Shown piece after piece: positions 1-13,696 of a stretch of 64,000 bases of DNA. The stretch spans positions 4,918,686-4,982,685 of the forward strand of contig CM119269.1 in assembly GCA_051294375.1 (NCBI GenBank). Reading direction: 5' to 3'. Both the position numbers and the translations under genes were made by a program. The notes beneath the pieces were generated by a model. It ran no database searches and was not told the DNA's origin. It saw only the letters and a program-made list of their open reading frames with translations. How positions within the stretch are numbered: position 1 is the stretch's first letter; each line of letters starts with the position of its first letter. The DNA comes from Paraspadella gotoi (lineage: Eukaryota > Animalia > Chaetognatha).

Positions 1-739
1 CCCTCTAATCCCCATCCTCGCTCCAGGGGTTCCAGATAAATCTCCGCCTTTCCCCATAGAATATCAATGGGGAAGCATTAACCATCGCTGATTGGCACCA
101 CAATTCAATCTCATGACCTTTTTTTTTTAAGGGGAGTAAGACTGAGGGATCGGAGGTGGTCATCCGGAGGCGTGGGGATGGGTGGAGTTGAAGGTGGGTC
201 ACTGGGTCGGAGTGGCTGGGAGTGGTGGAGACGTGCGTGAGGATATCCAGGAAAAAAATCGGCGTATTTTAATCAGAATGATCATTAGAATCGATCGCGA
301 AAAATATCATTAATAACTACAAAAACTGACCCGAGTTCGATATAAGAATTAGTCGCCGCACGAAAAGAGCGACTTAAATGTAAAAATTTCCTATTTCGTG
401 CAACAAAAAAAAAAGTCAAATACTATCCTCATGTTACAGACGAATCCATATTTACAACAAAAATAAAAATACAAAACTGCGCAATGAAAAGAAACCCACC
501 TCAATATATATACATTTGCCATCGCAATTCTTCGAAATGACTTCCTCCCCCCCGGGGCCCCCATGCCGCCATCAGCCGCCAAAAAAAGCCAGATTTTCCT
601 TTCTCTCTTTTTTTTCTTTTTTTCTTTTTTTCTTTTTTTCTTTTTTTTTTTTTTGTTGCGACGCGCGAATCGATTTATTCCTTCATTTCGTCGATCCAAT
701 CTTCTCAGCCGTTTATTCATCGGTCCGTCGAGGGAGATC

Positions 740-781
<42 letters not shown>

Positions 782-1486
782 CCAAGCAAACGATCCGATT
801 TGAGAAGAGGCGTTGTTGTTGTCGTTGTTGTCGTTGTCGTCCTTTCGTTGTTGATGGTTCGTCCCTTAAATGGTTTGCTGGACTCATTTTACTAGTTAGC
901 CTAATTTAAGCGAATTATTTAAAGCCTTAATTCGACCGCGAATTTGACCCCCGTATTAATATTGAGACGCGATCCCCGAGTCGGCCAATTACGAAAGGCG
1001 ATGCTAGAACGAGTTTCGCTTTCGGACGTTGTGACTTCATCATTTGACCGTTTTTGAGAGTCAAAGATGACGGTAGACGCGACGCCGCAAATGACGCTCT
1101 GATATATTAATGAAAAGGCGGGACGTTAAATGGATTTCAGTCGAATTTGCTTTAGCAGACAAGACTATATAAAATTCACTTTTTTCTGTCTGTTTAATAA
1201 CAACAACAGACTCAGCCTCTTATTCAAAACGATATATTGGTTTTGGCGAAGCTAATATCGTTTTTTGACGTCGATATCTCTCCTTAGATTTGACGCCAAA
1301 AGTTGTTTTTTAAAGAAGACATCAAAGAAGCCGATGACCTATGACCTTTTAGCGACCCGTCCGTCTGTCCCGTTAATACGGACTTCATTTCGATAATCAG
1401 ATATGAAAATTGGCATCTTGACATGATTCTGACATAATATTAAAGCAATCAATTTGTCCTCTATCTCATTGAATAATACCTCATTT

Positions 1487-1562
1487 TCATCTCATCTCAT
1501 CTCATCTCATCTCATCTCATCTCCCCTCATCTCATCTCATCTCATCTCATCTCATCTCATCT
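1487..1562. repeat. (CTCAT)n pentanucleotide microsatellite
   Basis: Read directly. Confidence 0.92.
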
Positions 1563-1879
1563 AATATCCTTCCCACAACATTATTCCCTCCCGCAAAAAT
1601 ATCCTTACTCGCTCACGCTCTCTCTCTCTCTCTCTCTCTCTCTCCTTTACAGTTGGGCTTAATGGTTCCCGAATGAAAAGTGAAAAGTGAAAAGAGTTCC
1701 TGGCTCCGTTCACATTCGCCCACCTTGACTCACCCCTTTCGTTTCTTTCTTTTTTTTTTTTTTCTCTCTCTACCTAACCCTTGACCGTCTCTTGACACCT
1801 TTTTCCCTTATCTGTTGGCCCGTCCTGCCTGTTCTCTCTGTCTCTTTCTCTCTCTCTCTCTCTTCTTCTCTATGTCTCT

Positions 1880-1947
<68 letters not shown>

Positions 1948-2651
1948 AGAGAGAAACGCTAAGAGCCAAGAGCCAAAAAAGGGAAAACCATAAAAGGAGC
2001 AATCAGTCAAACGAAGCTGAGCGCGATTAACAAAGCGAGACTGAGATTAAGGGTAAATTTTAAAGCCGTTCTCTCCCTCGAGGCCCCGAGGCCCCGAGGG
2101 CTTACTCCAAGGTGAGGCACTGAAGCGTGGCAGTCATCTTGACGCCATGTTCGTTTTTCATTGTTGACATGGCAATCTCTTTTCTAGGTTGTTCGATGTT
2201 TTTGTCGGCATGGAAATCGTCTCAGTGCCAGCATGGCAATCCCTAAAACGCTATTTTTAATTTAATTATCTCTACTTATCTCTTCTGTCAAGTTCGACAC
2301 GGTAATCTATGTTTTCTCCATCACGTTCGTTCTTTTTGTCAGCAATATTCCTTATCACCCCCATCTCACCAGCGTACAATGTGTATCGATTCAATGACAA
2401 TTTTGTCATCATTCCGTCTTTTTCGTGTTTTCGCTGTCATCCGATTTCGATCTCAATCCATTTTCGATCCCAATTTTTATGGTAAAAACTACAGAAACCC
2501 AGAAAGAAACTGATCACTTAAAAACAACAACAACAACAAAAACAACAACAACAACAAGTGGACTCAAGCAAGTTTTGCATCTTTTCGCGTTAATACGAAC
2601 CGACGCTGTTGCTCGGGTCGGAATGAGAATTAGGCAGCGTTCGGACCCTTT

Positions 2652-2682
<31 letters not shown>

Positions 2683-3003
2683 CGGTCTAACCCCGCACCC
2701 TCCCTCCCCCATGCCCCTCCTCAGCCCCTAACCACCCCCGCCTCGGCCAAAACCAAAACATGTTTGGCTTGAAAGACGACTGTCTCGACGGCTTAGGCAG
2801 GGCGGATTCGGCGTCTTCTGCGAGCACATTTGTCTGTTTCGAAAGAGGAGCGGAGAGATTGGTGGGGGAGAGAGAGAGAGAGAGACGAGAGAGAGAAGAG
2901 GAGGAGAGAGGAGAGAGAGAGACGAGAGAGAGATGATGAGAGAGAGAGAGAGAGAGAGGTGCGCATATATATAGAGAGTGAGAGATATGGAGGAAAACGA
3001 AAT

Positions 3004-3034
<31 letters not shown>

Positions 3035-4095
3035 TGAGAGTAGAGAGACGAATGAGAGAGAGAGAGAGAGAGAGTTCGTTCGTTCGTTCGTTCGTTCGTT
3101 CGTTTCAAATTCAAATTGTTATAACTTGGTTAAATCGTTATAATAAAATTTGTTTTATTTACAATGTTTCTGTTAGATAATTATTGATTGCGTAAAAATA
3201 TTTTTTTCACAATTTCTAGGACTTCAGAGTTCACAGTCACCATGGGAACAAAACTCAAACATCACAAACACACAGTAACGAGAAACAAACAATTTGTCCC
3301 ACTCCAACCAGAAACTCACCCGAAACTCACCCGTTCAATTCCTTTCCTTTCTAATATCCCAACTTCGCCAAAAGCCAAAACCGATGCCGGTTCCAAATTG
3401 CGANNNNNNNNNNNNNNNNNNNNNNNNNGTTATTTGCGTTTCGTTCGTCTCTCTTGTTCGTTTCGTTCGTTCGTTCGTTCCGTATCGTTCGTTCGTTCGG
3501 TTCGTTCGTTCTTGTTTCGTTCGTATCCTTCTGTTCATCTTCAATCAACATTGTTATAACTTGTGTTAAATCGTGTATTAATAAAATTTCGTTTTATTAC
3601 AAATGTTTCTGTTAGATAATTATTGATTGGCGTAAAAATATTTTTTTCACAATTTCTAGGACTTTCAGGTTCACAGTCACCACTTGGATACAAAAACTCA
3701 CAAACCATCACAACACACACCTAATGTAACGAGAAACAAACAATTTATGTTTTCCCACTTCCAACCAAAAAAAACTCACCCGAAATACTCACCCGTTTCA
3801 ATTCCTTTCCTTTCTAATATCCCAACTTCGCCAAAAGCCAAAACCGATGCCCGCTCCAAATTGCGATCCGCCGGTCTAACCCCGCACCCCTCCCTCCCCC
3901 ATGCGCCCTCCCTCGCCCCTTAACACACCCCCGCCTCGGGCCACAAATCCAAACATGTTTGGGGCTTTGAGTAAGAGCGACTGTTCCTCGACTCTTAGCG
4001 GGAATTCCGCGTCTTCTGCCGAGCAATTTATTCTGTTTTCACGAAAGAGGAGCGGAGAGGATTGGGGGGGAGAGAGAGAGAGGAGAGGAGAGGAG
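2683..4095. repeat. Noisy duplication around the gap at 3404-3428, arranged X(2683-2870) Y(3075-3403) gap Y'(3430-3865) X'(3870-4095)
   Basis: The same text occurs twice and differs mainly by small indels. Confidence 0.8.
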
Positions 4096-5251
4096 AGAGA
4101 GATTTTCTTCTTAAATTTCTTTCTTTTTTTTTTCTTAATTTTATTCTTTTCTTTTTATTCTTTTCTTTTTCTTCTTCTCGCGAAAAAATCCACTTTTTTT
4201 TTTCATTTCACTGAAATAAAAATCTGTGGCTCCGGTTGCCATTAGCAACGAGACTCTTGCGACGCCGACTCTCTTCAACGCGACGAACATTATACGCCAA
4301 GGATCTAAACGCATTCGCACCATCTTCACACGTTGCGTGCACCATCTCAGCTCTTTGCGTGCGTAACATGAGATCCTTACGTGTACCATCTTGAATCACT
4401 GCTCTCATAATCTATTTACACTGTGCAGTGTGCACCAACTTTGCCCGCGGATTTAAAACGCTAATTCGAGATAAAAATTGGCTCAATAAAGCTTTGCACC
4501 GCTTCAATATAATCCACTATTATCCAATACAACGCCATTTCATTAAAAATACTATCTGGCGTCTACCGTATCCGTGGACGAACCTTTCCTTTGTTTCTCC
4601 ATCTTTCTCAGGTCGTTCAATTCCCTTACATACGGAAACGCACGCAAAGGCACGCAAAGGCACGCAAACGCACCCAACTCTCCGCGCTCTTGGAACTCCT
4701 TGATCCCTCGCCGCCCCGCCGGGGCAGGCGCATACATTTTTCAATTAAGAATGTCTGAAGTTTGTTTACCGGTCGGACGCCAGGGAAACTCGCGCCTTTA
4801 CTCCCGGTTCCATTCCTGATTCCATTAGTGATTGAATTCGCGATTACTTTACATTTCCACTTGCGATCACTTCGTTTTTCCACTTGCAGATTACGTCGCA
4901 AACCAACTTACTGTTACTACCGATTTCCACTCTTAATTGCTTCACATTTTCGCTAATGATTCTTTTTTCATTTAGACTTACGATTACATAAAAATTTGCG
5001 TCGGCCATCATTTCGCATTTCCACTCGCCATTACACCGCATTTCCACTCGCTATTACTCCACGATTCCATTCGCCATTTCCGTTGTCTCCCTGTTTCCTC
5101 GCCTCTCTTATTATTATTCCCTCCGATGAAAGTTTTGATCGCGTGTGAGGAAGGAGTAAGGGTTGAGGTGAGGATCCGAATGGAAAACCCGCGGGAAAAA
5201 GTCTCGTCAAACTTGAAAAATTAAGACAAATTCGTTGAATTCTCCTCAGTA

Positions 5252-5773
5252 GTGCGTAGTGAAAGTTACGTACGAAAATTCTAAAAGTCAATTATGAACA
5301 ATATATCATCAGCGAACATTATTTTGTAAAAAAAAAATATTTTTTAAATTTTCGCAATATTTTTGAATTTCTCGTCAAAAGTTGATAAAAGAAAATAAAC
5401 CATTTTTAAAAATTCTTTCATTAAGTGGGTTAAAAATTTAAAAAACTATATTTAATATATAAAATTTTAATTTTCAGCTTAAAATATAGGTTTTACTGAT
5501 ATTTGACCAACTTAATGAAATAATTTTTTAAAAAACAGTTATATTTCTTTATGTCAACGTTTCATGACAAATCCAAATTTGCAAAAAAATCTTACAAAAA
5601 AACTATTTTTAAATTTTAACATTTATTCGATTAGTACTATGTATAAATATGGCCTCCTGCGTAAATTGTAAAATTTATAATACAAATTTTTTATACATTA
5701 ATATAATGTTGTTCGTTCCTCACTTTTTAATTAACTTAATTAAAGTTAAATTTAGTTAAATTTTGCTACGCCT
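5252..5773. mobile_element. AT-rich MITE-like element with GCGTAG...CTACGC ends and an internal inverted repeat
   Basis: Begins gcgtagtgaaagttac and ends ttttgctacgcctta. The internal arms ~5374-5452 and ~5482-5570 are reverse complements. A second copy lies at 53928-54490. Confidence 0.65.
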
Positions 5774-6578
5774 TATTCCTCGGCTAATCAGAGGAGTTCA
5801 GAGTAAACGTCAAAAACAGAAACGTTTCTAATCAAAAGGGGGCGTTGAAACTAAAAAGGTTCGTTTGTGGATTGTTTCGTTCGTTCGTTCGTTTGTTCGT
5901 ATTCCCCTCCCTCGCCTTCGATGATTTCGGATTTTTTTTTCTGGGGGGGGACGGGTAGTAAAACCATTTGGTTCTCCCAGTTTTGGTGGTTTTTGTTTTT
6001 TTTTGGCTTCTATTTTTTGGATTTTTTTTGAAAGTTCTTTTTTGGATCAGCTTTTTAAAAGTAATAGGTTTTACGCTGCGTATTCTCATCAAATCACAAT
6101 ATTATTAAGTAATATGTTACTTAATTTATTGAAATATCCATTTCACTACGTATAGATTCAACGCTGACAAAAAAGATTTTTTAACGCTCTCTCTTTCATT
6201 CATATTTTTTTTTACCCGGCCCATTTTCCATTCCCCGAAATTTTATTTCAAAATTTTCCGCCATTTTCGCGACGACGTAACGGACGACAAGATTGCGTCT
6301 AATGAAACCGCGCGCTTGCGAATTAAAACAATGCGCTGGAGAATTCCTGGACCAAAAAATCCTCGTTTTTCTCGATCTCTTTTCCGGCTTCGTCTGTTCT
6401 CCCCTTTTCCGGCAACGACGTCGTTTTCGGTTGCAAGGGGAAAAACAAAATTTCCGGCGCCTAAAAAAAAAGAAAAAAAAGAAAATTCCGGGAAACGCGG
6501 ATCTGGTTTAAAAGGAGGACGAAAAATCCCGCGGATATGGAATTCATTAGAGGAAAAAGATAAAACGCTAAAATTCTT

Positions 6579-6654
<76 letters not shown>

Positions 6655-7951
6655 TCTCCTCTCCCTCCCTCTCTCTCGCGAAATAAAAAAAACGAATAGT
6701 CGGCTCCTTTCAAGTTCGATTTTTCAAAATTTTCTCGTTCACGCGAGGTTTTCCCCTCACGAATCGCGTTCTCTCTGTTCACTTTCTCCCTTCCCCTATT
6801 CTTCTTCTCTCCTCCACTTTCTCTCTCTCTCTCTCCCCTCTCTCTCCCCTCTCTAGCGAGCGGGGAAACAAATGGTCCATTACTACGGCGCATGAATCTC
6901 GACGCCGCAAAACAAACAGGAAATGAGGCGACGAGGCGGAAAAATATGGCGTCTTATCGGCGGTGGCGTTCTAGTGGGGTGGGTGGGTTGGTTAATGGTA
7001 AGGGGTGGTTGGGGCGGTCATGCGGGGGAAACAAAGAATTTTTTTTTATTTAAAAAGTGGTTGGATCTTTGTTAGCGTAGAGAGAGAGAGAGGAAAAAAT
7101 TGCATGTGTTTATCGCCAGACGGTACATAATATGACATACGGTGCGTATGTTTTTATTTGCGTATTTAATTATATATGCCTGAAGTTACATTATTTTTAC
7201 TTCGATTTTAAAATGTTAATTGGAACCCTCTGGCTAATAAAATTCTTAAATGCTGCAAACGGAGGAGGAAAACTGCGGATCGACGTGTGCAGCAAGACGT
7301 CGGTTGCGGCAAGTCGTCGGTTGCGGCAACGATGCGGAAAAATGTGGTGAAAATGGACTTAAGGAAGAAAATGAAGCGAAGTAGAAGAGAGAATAGAGAG
7401 AATAGAGGGAAGAAGAGGGTAACGTGGGTGGCGAGGTGTGCAATGGGTTGTGGATCGGGTGTGGAGGGGGTGTGGAAGTAAAAAGGAAACCGTGAAAAAA
7501 AGTGAAAATTTGAAAGTAAATGATAATTGGGATGAAGACTGAAAAAAGAAAAAAAAACCTCATCGTGGTGGAGAGGAGAGAAGACGAGAAAAGAGTTCTG
7601 CAGGGAGGTCGTTGTTGTCGTCTTCGTCGTCGTCGTTATCGTCGTCGTCGTTTATCGCCTGAGACCTCAACCAGTTTTTTTCCAGGACGAGAATTGGGGT
7701 GAGTTAAGGTGAGTCGCGGCGTCGGGTAAGTTTTTCCCGCGGCGCGACGTCCGCGCGTTGACGAGACGACGCCTGAGAACGAAAGAAAATTAAATAAATT
7801 TATATATAAACTTGTTGTAATTAAAATTAAATCGTGGCTCCACAATGCAGCAACACAACACAACAGACGTTTTTAATGAGTTTTATAATATATGTTTAGT
7901 TTATTATCGACTTTCGAAAAAGGCAAACCTCGCACGTGATTTAAATTTCAT

Positions 7952-7983
<32 letters not shown>

Positions 7984-8636
7984 CGCGGAATATTTATTAA
8001 TTATTCATTAGATGTTGCTTTCTCGTTATTTTTTCCTGCNNNNNNNNNNNNNNNNNNNNNNNNNNNNNNNNNNNNNNNNNNNNNNNNNNNNNNNNNNNNN
8101 NNNNNNNNNNNNNNNNNNNNNNNNNNNNNNNNNNNNNNNNNNNNNNNNNNNNNNNNNNNNNNNNNNNNNNNNNNNNNNNNNNNNNNNNNNNNNNNNNNNN
8201 NNNNNNNNNNNNNNNNNNNNNNNNNNNNNNNNNNNNNNNNNNNNNNNNNNNNNNNNNNNNNNNNNNNNNNNNNNNNNNNNNNNNNNNNNNNNNNNNNNNN
8301 NNNNNNNAGAGAGAGAGAGAGAGAGTAAAATCGTATAAACTCATTAGTACCAGAGTTTTTAACCAGCGGACGTTAGGGGCGATGGGATGCGGGATCCGGA
8401 CGATGACATTGAAAAACCCGAAATCACTGGCGGCGGCGTCGTCGTCGTCGTTGTCGTCGTCGTCGTCGCTGGCGTCGTCATTGGCATCGGTCGTTAACGT
8501 CGACGTAAAGTAAACAAAGTCTGAAGTAAAGTAAACAAACAAAAGAAAGAAACTCTCATTTCGAATACAACGAACTTCGTTGGAAGAAAAAGGGTCGGGA
8601 GCAAAGAGGGAGTTAATAGGTGGAGGAAAAAGGCGG

Positions 8637-8720
8637 GGAAGTAATGGTTGGCGAAGCCTGATCGGAAGAGAAGTAATGGTTGGCGAAGCCTGATCGGAAG
8701 AGAAGTAATGGTTGGGGAAG
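8637..8720. repeat. 32-bp tandem repeat x~2.6
   Basis: gaagtaatggttggcgaagcctgatcggaaga repeated. Confidence 0.85.
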
Positions 8721-9912
8721 ATCGTAATGGGCGAAAGAACGAAGAAAAGAAAAGGGTTAAAAAAAAATTGAATGAAGAAAGAAAAAGGCGAGAAATAAAA
8801 TTAGTTATTACGTGTATATTGAAATATCTAATGTAAACTAACTGTTTAACTGTTTTTAAAAAAAAACCGAAATAAATGGCATGGAGGTGGTAATGATAGA
8901 ACAATGTCAAGAGGTAACTAAAGTAGAAGTGAACAGTAAACCAAACATTAAAATAACCCATTAACAAAAAAGAAATGAGGGTCNNNNNNNNNNGGAAGGA
9001 AGGAAAAAATGGCAAGAGGAGGTAGGAAAAGCTTAGAAATTTTTAAAAGCAAATAATGAACGAAGCTCGATGGATTGAGCTAACGGGACGGGAGGAGGCG
9101 CCTTTAAAAATATCCTATACTCCTGTACGTTTTGACGAATTTTCTTTACTTTTCTTTTTCTTGCTAGCTCGATAGCTTGGTTGCTTGCTTGCTTTATTCA
9201 TTCTCTCTCTCTCTCCCCCTCGAATCTTCATCATTAGACCACTCCATCTCGTCTTTCCTTCACTTTCCCTAATTTCCCCCNNNNNNNNNNNNNNNNNNNN
9301 NNNNNNNNNNNNNNNNNNNNNNNNNNNNNNNNNNNNNNNNNNNNNNNNNNNNNNNNNNNNNNNNNNNNNNNNNNNNNNNNNNNNNNNNNNNNNNNNNNNN
9401 NNNNNNNNNNNNNNNNNNNNNNNNNNNNNNNNNNNNNNNNNNNNNNNNNNNNNNNNNNNNNNNNNNNNNNNNNNNNNNNNNNNNNNNNNNNNNNNNNNCA
9501 GCGTCGTGACGCCCCCAAGCAGAGTCACGCCCATTTCCGGTTCAGCGTGGCGTCCCGGTGACGCCCCGTTGTGACGTCACGGCAGTCGGCGTTGCAGTCT
9601 TTCCCTTTGTGGCGTGACGCCAAAACGCGCCAAACACCAAAGGCGCCACGCCTTCGCATCGGAATTCGAATGAATCGGGATCAAAGTTTAGAGTTTCTTC
9701 TTTTGGGTTTTTTTTCTGTTTTATTTGTTTTGTTTGCTTTTTTTTGTTTGTTTCTTTTCATTTGTTTTGAATATTTTGTTCCAGTCGAAACGGAAAGAAA
9801 TTTTGCCTAATTCATTTCTCGTATGTATTATATCATGCTGAGTTGGATATGTAGAATGATAAAGATTAAATTTTACGATCTGTTCAAGAAATATTATTAT
9901 TATTATTATTAA

Positions 9913-9984
<72 letters not shown>

Positions 9985-12900
9985 TTCTAAAAGCAAATTC
10001 TGTTTGCAAGGTTGACTGCATTCCACTCAATGCGTTTATACTACTATGCAATATATTTTTCAGCTTTTCAGCCTTCAGAATAATAATCATATTTTAAGCA
10101 ATAGTATAAACATTGGCAAAAATTTTGTAAATTAATGTTTTCTCTTCCGTCGAAGTAATGTCGATACGACTTTACTTTATGACCTAAGTTGTAAGCAACT
10201 ACAACAGCGCGAGTTTAACTTCACATGTTCGTAAAATAACACTTTCTTCTAAACTACCTACAAATTCAATACTCTAATTCATTCGCTCGTAAGCTCTTAA
10301 GATCTTTATTTGTTCACAAGAATGATATGTTACAATAAGCAATAAGTCTTTTTAACAAGCTCTAAGGAATCTACTCGAGAAATAGAAAGAGAGAGAGAGA
10401 GAGAGAGTTATATTAAAACGCACGTTAACACTTGATCGTGGAATTTTACAGATTGTCACCGTCGCAAGGGAGAAGGGGGGGCGGAGGGGGGGCGGAGGTG
10501 TGTAGCACAGAACGCGAAAGAAAACAAAACAAAAAAACATCAACAAAACAATCGTAGCACACGAGGATGATGAGCTTTCGTTCAAGCAAAAAAAAAAAAA
10601 GCAAAACGCTGAAAAAAAAAAACAAACTCGAATGATCGCAACGATAAATTCTCTGAAAGTTCGGCGTTTTACTGTATAATACAATTAGAGTCTACTAAGT
10701 ATGAAATTCGATTAAAAATATCAATATTTTTTTTATTCGAGACCCGATTGTACATCGAAGTGGAATAAGATTGGGTTTAAGTGCAAATTTATATCTTGTT
10801 TTGTTGTGAGGGATCGAAGACAAAAATTTCAGAGGGGATAGGCAATAATACTATAAATGTATAAACAGGAATTTTGCGTTAACTTATGTACAATACAATG
10901 AAGGACAAAGATTCTGTTTACACAATAGNNNNNNNNNNNNNNNNNNNNNNNNNNNNNNNNNNNNNNNNNNNNNNNNNNNNNNNNNNNNNNNNNNNNNNNN
11001 NNNNNNNNNNNNNNNNNNNNNNNNNNNNNNNNNNNNNNNNNNNNNNNNNNNNNNNNNNNNNNNNNNNNNNNNNNNNNNNNNNNNNNNNNNNNNNNNNNNN
11101 NNNNNNNNNNNNNNNNNNNNNNNNNNNNNNNNNNNNNNNNNNNNNNNNNNNNNNNNNNNNNNNNNNNNNNNNGCCGTGCCGACCCGGTCCTCGGCGCCCG
11201 CTGCTGCCAACCTCTGGTCCGTCCTCTACGGTGGACACTAGAGCGCAATTTTCTCCACAAAGAATTTTGATTGCGACCATAAAAGGCAAAGACTGGAAGC
11301 GCTCGCTNNNNNNNNNNNNNNNNNNNNNNNNNNNNNNNNNNNNNNNNNNNNNNNNNNNNNNNNNNNNNNNNNNNNNNNNNNNNNNNNNNNNNNNNNNNNN
11401 NNNNNNNNNNNNNNNNNNNNNNNNNNNNNNNNNNNNNNNNNNNNNNNNNNNNNNNNNNNNNNNNNNNNNNNNNNNNNNNNNNNNNNNNNNNNNNNNNNNN
11501 NNNNNNNNNNNNNNNNNNNNNNNNNNNNNNNNNNNNNNNNNNNNNNNNNNNNNNNNNNNNNNNNNNNNNNNNNNNNNNNNNNNNNNNNNNNNNNNNNNNN
11601 NNNNNNNNNCGACTTCACATCTAACGTCACCTATCGAATCTTCAACATGGTGAACTGTAACATTAAGACAGGAATATTTATGAATTTTTTAAACATACAT
11701 ATTCAACGCTGTTTTACGTTAGTTACTCAATAACAATTTTGAAGGTGAGTATGTCAACCCCAAGGAACCACAAANNNNNNNNNNNNNNNNNNNNNNNNNN
11801 NNNNNNNNNNNAGAGAACGAGAACAGAACAGAGAGTCACTTTTAAATCACCGAATGGCCTTAAATCTCCCAAAGCGACCTTTGTGATGATGACGNNNNNN
11901 NNNNNNNNNNNNNNNNNNNNNNNNNNNNNNNNNNNNNNNNNNNNNNNNNNNNNNNNNNNNNNNNNNNNNNNNNNNNNNNNNNNNNNNNNNNNNNNNNNNN
12001 NNNNNNNNNNNNNNNNNNNNNNNNNNNNNNNNNNNNNNNNNNNNNNNNNNNNNNNGTTTTGTATTTTGTTTCTCTGTTTTTATTCTTTCTCAGGCAATTT
12101 CCTTTTTTTATTTTGTATTTTGTTTCTGTTTTTATTCTTCCTCAAACTTTTTTTCTTTTTTTGTTTTGTATTTTGTTTCGCTGTTTTTAATCTTTCTCAG
12201 ACTTTTTTTTTTCTTTTTTAGTGATAACCATTTCGTACATTTTGTCAACTCAATTTGGTCACAAGTGAAAAGGGGAGCTTTGAACGCGACGTAAAAGTAA
12301 ACATAACATAACTGTTCCGACGAAGGCCGATTTAGGGTCCAGGGCAGATATATGCATCGTCGCGGGTCATTATGTGTCACTATGAGACTTAATGAGGTTT
12401 ATTCCGTCTCGTCCCTTAGATTCTCAAAGGTGGTTACCATGACGATGATGACAACGACGACGAGGAGAATAAAATGGAATTTAAACTCAGATAATACGAT
12501 TATCCTTGAACTCCGTTTAAAACAATTCTTTATTAACTTTTTTTTTGGGTACCGAACCACCCCTTCCGATCCTTTTTTGGTACCGAACCACCCTTACCGA
12601 TCCTTCCACCCACTGGAGAAAGAAAATCTAATTAGGCAATTTCATTTAGCGAGGAGAACTTTGAACCTCTTTTGCCGATTGCTATTTTAGGTTTTTTGTT
12701 TATTCAATTTTGTTTATTATAAAATATCCTATTATCTCAGTTTGGATTTTTTATGGATATTATTTAAGTATAATATTAGCTCTTTCGAGACGTCGATGAA
12801 AATGAGAGAGAGAGAGAGGGAGAGAGAGAGAGAGAGAGAGGTCATTCAGAAACAGGTCACAATGTAAATCAGTGGATTGTTGCGTCCACATTTACCTCCG

Positions 12901-13658
12901 CACAACCCAAAGAAAAGTTTACAAAACTCATTAGAAATGTGTTATTGTGTATTTTTAAATTACATATTAATATTTTAATTCAAATATTGAAATTAGAGGT
13001 CTAAATTCATTAAATTTTAAAATGTTGATGAAGCCACTGACAATGATCAGAAAAGACTCACCAGTTACCAACGCGAGAAAAAAAAACTCTTAAAAATAAT
13101 TGGCGGTATTTCGCTCACGCATCCTCGTGTAGAAATAAATCATTTAAAAAGAACCACTAATAGTAATATATCTTTTTGCGCCTTTGACGGCTTCCAATGA
13201 TACTGTTTCCTTTCTCCTTCGTCGTCTTCGTCGTCGTCGTCGTNNNNNNNNNNNNNNNNNNNNNNNNNNNNNNNNNNNNNNNNNNNNNNNNNNNNNNNNN
13301 NNNNNNNNNNNNNNNNNNNNNNNNNNNNNNNNNNNNNNNNNNNNNNNNNNNNNNNNNNNNNNNNNNNNNNNNNNNNNNNNNNNNNNNNNNNNNNNNNNNN
13401 NNNNNNNNNNNNNNNNNNNNNNNNNNNNNNNNNNNNNNNNNNNNNNNNNNNNNNNNNNNNNNNNNNNNNNNNNNNNNNNNNNNNNNNNNNNNNNNNNNNN
13501 NNNNNNNNNNNGAGAGGCCCGGCCAGGGGGCGAGGAGGCGAGGGGCGATGGGGGCGAGGGAACGGGTGATAGGGATGGGGGGGCGGAATCGGTAAGAAAG
13601 CCTGGATTCGGGAGGACGTCAATGAAAATGAGAAGAGAGCGAGAGAGAGAGAGATGGG

Positions 13659-13696
<38 letters not shown>

